A stretch of 32,686 bases of DNA from an uncultured Candidatus Peribacteria bacterium (GTDB lineage Bacteria > Patescibacteriota > Gracilibacteria > CAIRYL01 > GCA-016699755): NCBI GenBank assembly GCA_964584385.1, contig CAZOZW010000004.1, positions 22,506-55,191 on the forward strand, in the 5' to 3' direction. Shown here one piece after another: positions 27,146-32,686 of the stretch. Under the pieces are notes generated by a model. It ran no database searches. It was not told where the DNA came from and saw only the letters and a list, made by a program, of their open reading frames with translations. Position 1 is the stretch's first letter; every line of letters starts with the position of its first letter. The translations under genes and the position numbers were made by a program.

Positions 27146-28432
27146 ATGGTAAAACATAACTTCAATAAGCATATTTGCTTCTATTTTCAGGTGCACCAAC
27201 CTTTTCGCCTCCGCGAAATATCGTTTTTCGAAGATGATCCGCAAGACATCTTTCGCGGGCCCGATGCCTACAAAAACGAAGATATTTTTCATAAAGTCGC
27301 CGATAAATGTTATTTGCCGGCAACAAAAATGTTTTTGCGCCTCGCCGAGACGAATCCCGATTTTAGAGTTGCCTATTCTTTAAGCGGTGTCTTTTTAGAA
27401 CAGTGCGAGATGTACGGCGAAAAAGGAAAAGAAGTGTTAGATCTGTTCAAGCGCCTTGCCGAAACCGGCAGGTGTGAGTTTTTAGCCGAAACATATTATC
27501 ATTCACTTTCATATTTATTCTCGAAAGAAGAATTTGCCGAGCAGATTCATCTTCATTCAAAAAAGATCAAACAGTTGTTCGGCGTTACGCCAAGAGTCTT
27601 TCGTAATACCGAGCTTATCTATCGCAACGATGTTGGCGAGTTCATTCGTCAAATGGGGTTTGATGGTATGGTCTGCGAAGGCTGGGATCACTATTTGCAT
27701 GGCAGCAGCCCCTACAGCGTGCGCAGCACCGTAAAAGGCGATATACATCCCGAAGATAGCCGCATTGCGCAAGATAATGCTATTTCGAAAACAGCGAAAG
27801 AAACGTTGCCGCTCTTACTCAAAAGTTATCAGTTATCCGACGACCTTGCCTTTCGCTTTGGCAACAAGGGCTGGCCCGAATGGCCGATGACCACCGATAA
27901 ATATGCTCAGTGGCTCGATGATATTTACGGCGAAACGATCAATTTATTTATGGATTACGAGACGATCGGCGAGCACCAATGGGAAGATACCGGCATCTTC
28001 CACTTCTTCGAGCATCTGCCCGAAGCAGTAAAACATAAAAACATCGGCTTTCGTACGCCATCCGAAACCATTGCCGCCTTGCCCGAACGCGGCGAATATA
28101 ACGTACCCGATTTTCTCTCGTGGGCCGACAGCGAACGTAATTTAAGCGCCTGGGTCGAAAACGACATTCAACACGGCGCGCTCGAAGAACTCGGTCATCT
28201 TGAAGGATTATTGCATAAGCATAAAAAATCGAAAAAGCCTGAGGTTAAGCATTTGCTCGATCTGTTTCGAAAGCTCAGCACCAGCGACCACTTGTATTAC
28301 ATGTGTACCAAATATTGGAGCGACGGCGACGTACATAAATACTTCTCGTGCTACGAATCACCCTACGAAGCATACATCACCTTTATGAACGCCATGCGCG
28401 TGGTTCAGAAAAAAGCGAATGAGTTGGGGTGA
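27146..28432 (+). CDS. Glycoside hydrolase family 57 (alpha-amylase-like)
   Basis: Motifs YFQVHQP, ETYYHSL, FRNTEL (nucleophile Glu), FMDYETIGEH and SWAD.ER.LSAW. Confidence 0.94.
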   Translation: MVKHNFNKHICFYFQVHQPFRLREISFFEDDPQDIFRGPDAYKNEDIFHKVADKCYLPATKMFLRLAETNPDFRVAYSLSGVFLEQCEMYGEKGKEVLDLFKRLAETGRCEFLAETYYHSLSYLFSKEEFAEQIHLHSKKIKQLFGVTPRVFRNTELIYRNDVGEFIRQMGFDGMVCEGWDHYLHGSSPYSVRSTVKGDIHPEDSRIAQDNAISKTAKETLPLLLKSYQLSDDLAFRFGNKGWPEWPMTTDKYAQWLDDIYGETINLFMDYETIGEHQWEDTGIFHFFEHLPEAVKHKNIGFRTPSETIAALPERGEYNVPDFLSWADSERNLSAWVENDIQHGALEELGHLEGLLHKHKKSKKPEVKHLLDLFRKLSTSDHLYYMCTKYWSDGDVHKYFSCYESPYEAYITFMNAMRVVQKKANELG

Positions 28433-28680
28433 TGATTCCCATTTTGGTTGTTTGATTGCAAATCATTGGGAAGAGGAAAAGAATTACGAATGTTGATTTT
28501 GAATTACGATTGATCGATAATCTCTTTCGAAGTAATGCGACGTCTTCCCAGCCTCGTCTATGACCATATAATGCTCAAAGTCAGTGATTCCGCCACAACA
28601 AAGCGTGGCTGAACGGGGGCAAAGAAAAATCGCAAGAAGAAAAAAGGTTGCTGATAATTTTAATTATTATGGTTAAGTGG

Positions 28681-29103
28681 ATGAAAAGTATTTTAACTAT
28701 CCAATGGGATAAAATCATTGTTGGCAAAAAGACATATAGGGAATTACCGACTTCTGATGGCGACATAGATTTATGTGCTTTTCCAACATTTACAGGTTTT
28801 AATTACAACAATAGCGAGAATTATATAGTACTTAATTTTATTGAAGACAAAGAGAAAAATTTTGAGCTGAATGATGGAGGCAAGACAACAAGGGTAATAT
28901 CTGCACATCTAATTTTTGATAAAATAGTTTTTTTAAAAATGAGTGATAGAGACTCATTGATGCCACAACACGAAGACTTATCACTTGAATATTTTGTTCT
29001 CACAGATAGATCTGATGGTGATTATCATTTCTTATTTAGTTATCATGGTGGGCGTGAAATATATATCAGTGCCAAAACTGTAAGAATAGCAGTAGGTCTT
29101 TAA
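28681..29103 (+). CDS. Hypothetical protein (AT-rich, orphan immunity-protein-like)
   Basis: 140-aa aromatic/acidic ORF that is visibly AT-richer than its neighbours. The functional label is speculative. Confidence 0.6.
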   Translation: MKSILTIQWDKIIVGKKTYRELPTSDGDIDLCAFPTFTGFNYNNSENYIVLNFIEDKEKNFELNDGGKTTRVISAHLIFDKIVFLKMSDRDSLMPQHEDLSLEYFVLTDRSDGDYHFLFSYHGGREIYISAKTVRIAVGL

Positions 29104-29486
29104 TGTTGTTTTAAAAAATGGTGTGATCAACCGCCCGTGACTGATTTTCTGCGTGAACAACTGTAGAACTCCGCCGGAGCCGGGATGCCTGCGCTCTACA
29201 CGACAATTATCGCAAACCGTAGCTGAGAAGTACCTCCCAATCATAAACAGACTCCCTGCTCCATATGTTTCTCAGGGTGATCGACGGATGTCCTCACCAG
29301 AGCAGATAACCATGATCATGTTCTTTCCGTACAACCACTCCTGCTAAGCACCTCTTTTTTTCAAGACACATTGCTATTCAGGAATAACACCAAGACTTGC
29401 TTTTTTTATAACACCTAGTAGAATGCCATAGATTCGGGACATTTTTTCATCCTTAACTCCCGAAGGCCAAAAACCTTATACTCTTT

Positions 29487-30383
29487 ATGGATTGGATTTT
29501 CTTGTCATTGCTCGCTCCGCTATTTTGGACGTGTTCGGTTTTTATCGATAAATTCATCCTCCATAAATACGATCATGGCTATTACGATTTCATCTTCTTC
29601 TGTACGACCACGGCATATTTGGTGGTGCCGGCGATATTGTTGTATTTCGGGTTGCCCGAACTCTCTGCAATGTCGCTAATACCGATCGGTTGTGGCATGC
29701 TGCTGATCTATTCGTACTTGCTCTATGCCAAAGCACTCGATACCCGCGACGCCTCACTTATCATCATCCTTTTTAAATTAACACCTTTGTTTACGGCGGC
29801 GTTTGGATTTATCTTCTTGCATCAAAAGTTGAACGCGTTAGAACTAACGGCTTTTTTGATTATTTTTTGCGGTGCCCTTGGCGTTTCGCTCAAGCCACCG
29901 CGGCTGGAATTAAAAAAGGGGATTATCCCGATCGTGATGGCGATTATGGCATGGTCGCTGATTACCGTGATTACCGACTACACGCTCGATTTTCTTCCAT
30001 TATGGGAGTTTGTCCTCTTTACCAACATTGGTGTGATTTTTGCCGGTTGGCTTTTGTTGATACTCCCAAAAACCCGCTCCGAGGTCATTGCCGGCATCAA
30101 GCAGGCAACGACTAAAAAAATTGGCTGGTATACCGGAAACAATTTGCTCGATCTAACCGCCAATGTCTTGTTCGATGCCGCCCTGCTCCTCGGCCCTTCA
30201 GCAGGCTTGGTTTCGGTGGTGGCACAAGTACAATCGGGCTACGGTATTCTGCTTGGAATTCTTCTCACACTGCTTTTTCCTGCAGTTTTCGATGAAGATA
30301 TTCGGCGCAAGACTTTGATCAAAAAAGTACTCGGCATGATGGTGATGTTTTTTGGGGTGGCACTTTTGTGGTACGCTGCGTAA
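29487..30383 (+). CDS. EamA/DMT family transporter
   Basis: About 10 TM helices in two repeats, with the DMT pattern LYAKAL...DAS.......L.PLF...FGFIFLHQKL. Confidence 0.88.
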   Translation: MDWIFLSLLAPLFWTCSVFIDKFILHKYDHGYYDFIFFCTTTAYLVVPAILLYFGLPELSAMSLIPIGCGMLLIYSYLLYAKALDTRDASLIIILFKLTPLFTAAFGFIFLHQKLNALELTAFLIIFCGALGVSLKPPRLELKKGIIPIVMAIMAWSLITVITDYTLDFLPLWEFVLFTNIGVIFAGWLLLILPKTRSEVIAGIKQATTKKIGWYTGNNLLDLTANVLFDAALLLGPSAGLVSVVAQVQSGYGILLGILLTLLFPAVFDEDIRRKTLIKKVLGMMVMFFGVALLWYAA

Positions 30384-30400
30384 GCCCTGTTACCAGTAAA

Positions 30401-31102
30401 ATGAAGATGTTCCACTTCCACCGTCCGGGCGGCATTGTGTTACCGGCAGTAATCATTATTTCGTTGCTCTGTTTTACAGGGATTTTTATGTCGGAAGCCT
30501 TTCGTGATGCAAACGAGCAAAATCTCGATGAGCGGCTGTTTTTAAGTTTTCGCAATCCGGCAGATATAACAGATCCGATTGGTCCACATGTATTCGAAGA
30601 ACTAATGCGCGATATTACCGCCTTTGGTGGTGCCGCGATTTTGGGGTTTCTTACGATTGTCCTTGGTTTGTATCTGGTTTTTATCAATCGCAAGCGTATG
30701 GCGACATATTTGGTTTTAAGCATTAGCGGGGGTATTGCGCTGAGCTTACTTTTAAAAGAACTGTTCAATCGCCCGCGCCCCGATTTAGTACCGCATGAAT
30801 CAATTGTGATTACTTCGAGTTTTCCCAGTGGGCACAGCATGATGTCGGCGATAACCTATTTAACCATCGCCGCGATTTTAGCCCGCGTAGAACCCAGGCC
30901 GCATTTAAAACTGTACTTTTATTTGCTGGCAGTTCTGCTAACGTTTTTGGTCGGCGTATCGCGCGTATACCTGGGCGTGCACTGGCCAAGCGATGTTTTT
31001 GCCGGTTGGGCGTTGGGCGCGTTATTCGCGCTTATATTCCGTCATTTTGGTATTTCGCTGCAAAAGAAAGGGAGGATAGAGCAAGAAGGGGTGAGAAGTT
31101 GA
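30401..31102 (+). CDS. PAP2 family membrane phosphatase (undecaprenyl-pyrophosphate phosphatase-like)
   Basis: C1 KELFNRPRP, C2 FPSGH and C3 SRVYLGVHWPSD motifs. Confidence 0.95.
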   Translation: MKMFHFHRPGGIVLPAVIIISLLCFTGIFMSEAFRDANEQNLDERLFLSFRNPADITDPIGPHVFEELMRDITAFGGAAILGFLTIVLGLYLVFINRKRMATYLVLSISGGIALSLLLKELFNRPRPDLVPHESIVITSSFPSGHSMMSAITYLTIAAILARVEPRPHLKLYFYLLAVLLTFLVGVSRVYLGVHWPSDVFAGWALGALFALIFRHFGISLQKKGRIEQEGVRS

Positions 31103-31360
31103 ATGACGTGTTGAGGTTTGTAATGAGACAGTATGGAAAAGAGATAGAGATGAAATAGGTGATTTAGGATTTATGATTTATGAATCGCAAGCGAGCAGAT
31201 GGATCCACTTGCTCACTTGCGTCGTACTCTCCGAAATATTTGATAAAGGCGGAAGCCAAACGCGGCAATCTAATAGTCGGTAATCATTTTTTAATGAATA
31301 TCGAGTACAAATGTTGACCGATAGTTGTTAACTGCTGCCTAACCGATAAAAGTCTTTACA

Positions 31361-31385
31361 AAATATACCCCCCGGGGGTATATTT
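31361..31385 (+). promoter_or_regulatory. CsoR/RcnR-family operator overlapping the promoter
   Basis: Perfect 12-1-12 palindrome AAATATACCCCC-C-GGGGGTATATTT spanning from just after TTTACA (-35) across TATATT (-10), directly upstream of a CsoR-family gene. Confidence 0.9.
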
Positions 31386-31405
31386 ATTATGGATTATCTA
31401 ATAAT

Positions 31406-31648
31406 ATGACGAAAAAAGAGCAAATCATTACTCGACTCAATCGCGCCGCCGGGCAAATAGAGGCACTCACCAAGCAAGTTGCCGATAAAAATGCCGATTG
31501 CACAAAAGTATTCTTGCAATTCAAAGCTGCCCAAGCTGCCTTCGATAAAGCCTTTGCCGCATACGTAGAACGTAATCTCAAAAAATGCATCCGCAAAAAC
31601 GACCTTAAATCACTCGATGAAGTGGTAGAACTGCTTACCAAAAAATGA
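31406..31648 (+). CDS. CsoR/RcnR family transcriptional repressor, CstR-like (Cys-Asn-Cys fingerprint)
   Basis: RLNRAAGQIEAL...DC..V..Q..A..AA, with ERNLKKC in place of HxxxC. Confidence 0.9.
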   Translation: MTKKEQIITRLNRAAGQIEALTKQVADKNADCTKVFLQFKAAQAAFDKAFAAYVERNLKKCIRKNDLKSLDEVVELLTKK

Positions 31649-32223
31649 ATTTTTTAAATACTATGAACTACTTTTTTCAATTCGGGCAGATCATCCCGAA
31701 CCTCGAGATCAACGGCAAACCGGCACCCTACCCGGTGTTAAACGAAAGAGCGGTTCGCGCCGGCGCCGGTATTATGTTCGTACTTGGGATTATCGGCTTT
31801 ACCTTTGCTTTTTTCGACCAAAACTTTCTGCCGCTCAAATTCGTCGTTGTTTTCTTTTTCATCGACTTTTTCGCCAAGGTGATCTTAGGCACCGCTTTTT
31901 CACCGGTCAGCCAATTCGCCAACATCATCGTTAAAGGGCAAAAGCCCGATTATGTCGGGGCGATTCAAAAACGCTTCGCCTGGAGTATTGGTCTTTTCAT
32001 GGCGAGCTTGATGATCTTGCTCCTTTTTGTGTTCGATGTTCGCGGCGTGGTAAACCTAACCGTTTGCACTATTTGCTTAACGTTTATGTGGCTTGAAACA
32101 AGCTTTGGTATTTGTGTTGGCTGCAAAATGTACTATGGATTGATGAAGCTGGGGCTGGTAAAAGAGCCGGATATAAAACCGGCATGCCCCGGTGGTGCGT
32201 GCCCGCTTCCACAACGCAAATGA
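31645..32223 (+). CDS. DUF4395 family membrane protein
   Basis: Motifs NERAVRAGAG, QKRFAWSIG, LETSFGICVGC and C-terminal CPGGAC. ATGA-coupled to the repressor gene. Confidence 0.88.
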   Translation: MNFLNTMNYFFQFGQIIPNLEINGKPAPYPVLNERAVRAGAGIMFVLGIIGFTFAFFDQNFLPLKFVVVFFFIDFFAKVILGTAFSPVSQFANIIVKGQKPDYVGAIQKRFAWSIGLFMASLMILLLFVFDVRGVVNLTVCTICLTFMWLETSFGICVGCKMYYGLMKLGLVKEPDIKPACPGGACPLPQRK

Positions 32224-32289
32224 GATTGGACATTATTATTATATTTTTCTTCACTAAGCGAATCTAAATACAGAATACGCGTTAAGCCC

Positions 32290-32686
32290 ATGAGGTGTGT
32301 GATGTTTAAATCCCTATTCGATAATGCACGTTTTCAAATCGTATTTATAGTTTTTGTCATCATCAGTGCATTTGCTATACACTTTATCAATAGTCATGCG
32401 GCAACATCCGTTGGCTTGTATCTAGAGTTTGGACTCGAAGCAGCACTGGGGTTTCTCATCGTTACTTGGATTTTTGTAAACCATAAAATCCTCAGTGTTG
32501 CAATAATCCTCTTCTGTATTGCAATGGGATGCGCCTGTTTATATCTCAGTTTTGTGTCATCGCAAAGCCTCCCATTTATCGACAGAGGAGAACTCGTTGT
32601 GATTGCCATATTCTACTATGGCTTTGGCATAATCTTTGCTAAGCGGCTAAAAATCCATAAAAGAGATTTTTGGCAAAAAGCACAAT
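32290..32686 (+). CDS. Hypothetical multi-pass membrane protein, 3'-truncated by the window
   Basis: Frame open from ATG 32290 (or 32302) to the window end: MFKSLFDNARFQIVFIVFVIISAFAIH..., with about 4 hydrophobic segments. Not listed in the ORF track. Confidence 0.6.
   Translation, partial: MRCVMFKSLFDNARFQIVFIVFVIISAFAIHFINSHAATSVGLYLEFGLEAALGFLIVTWIFVNHKILSVAIILFCIAMGCACLYLSFVSSQSLPFIDRGELVVIAIFYYGFGIIFAKRLKIHKRDFWQKAQ

Noticed and set aside
20816-29118. Identical 17-mer AATGTTGTTTTAAAAAA at 20816 and 29102
   Set aside because: Low-complexity AT-rich sequence in unrelated contexts, likely chance.
29425-29486. Riboswitch upstream of EamA (TTCGGGA/TCCCGAA stem)
   Set aside because: A single 7-bp stem with no match to guanidine, fluoride or other aptamer consensus that I can recognise.
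31187-31220. Hairpin GCAAGCGAGCA/TGCTCACTTGC as the PAP2 terminator
   Set aside because: No U-tract follows and it occurs once in the window, so no function can be assigned.
416-32609. Many short antisense or alternative-frame ORFs in the ORF track
   Set aside because: They are shadows of well-supported genes and carry no recognisable motifs.
1-32686. Alternative genetic code 25 (TGA=Gly) as in Gracilibacteria/Absconditabacteria
   Set aside because: Long conserved genes have no in-frame TGA, and several (rhuM, murG, GH57, PAP2, the CsoR-family gene) end at TGA at the expected length.
1-32686. CRISPR array, integrase or transposase gene
   Set aside because: No regularly spaced repeat-spacer series, and no ORF with recognisable cas, integrase or transposase motifs.

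Overview
Bacterial chromosomal window read with genetic code 11, since TGA is used as a stop. The SLH-anchored giant surface protein, the absence of Shine-Dalgarno motifs and the very short leaders suggest a Patescibacteria/CPR organism, possibly Peregrinibacteria-like (inference only). Bases 1-10.9 kb are a co-directional type I restriction-modification (R-M) island: a partial HsdS-like gene, hsdM, rhuM, a translationally coupled cassette of DUF2188 plus two unknown genes, hsdS, fic, hsdR and a YgjP/M48-like metallopeptidase. The island abuts the 3' end of tRNA-Asp(GTC). The rest is mostly housekeeping and envelope genes: ftsW-murG, two GT4 glycosyltransferases flanking an IPT/TIG-SLH surface protein, trpS, ahcY (apparent 1-nt frameshift near its 3' end), a PfkB/adenosine-kinase-like gene, GT4 plus GH57, EamA, PAP2, and a CstR-like repressor with a perfect operator followed by DUF4395. 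The best candidates for novelty are (1) the three-gene cassette embedded between hsdM/rhuM and hsdS, (2) an operator-decorated internal promoter in front of fic-hsdR, (3) two copies of a 46-bp palindrome 8.1 kb apart, and (4) a ~1 kb non-coding stretch packed with long hairpins, including a MITE-like element.
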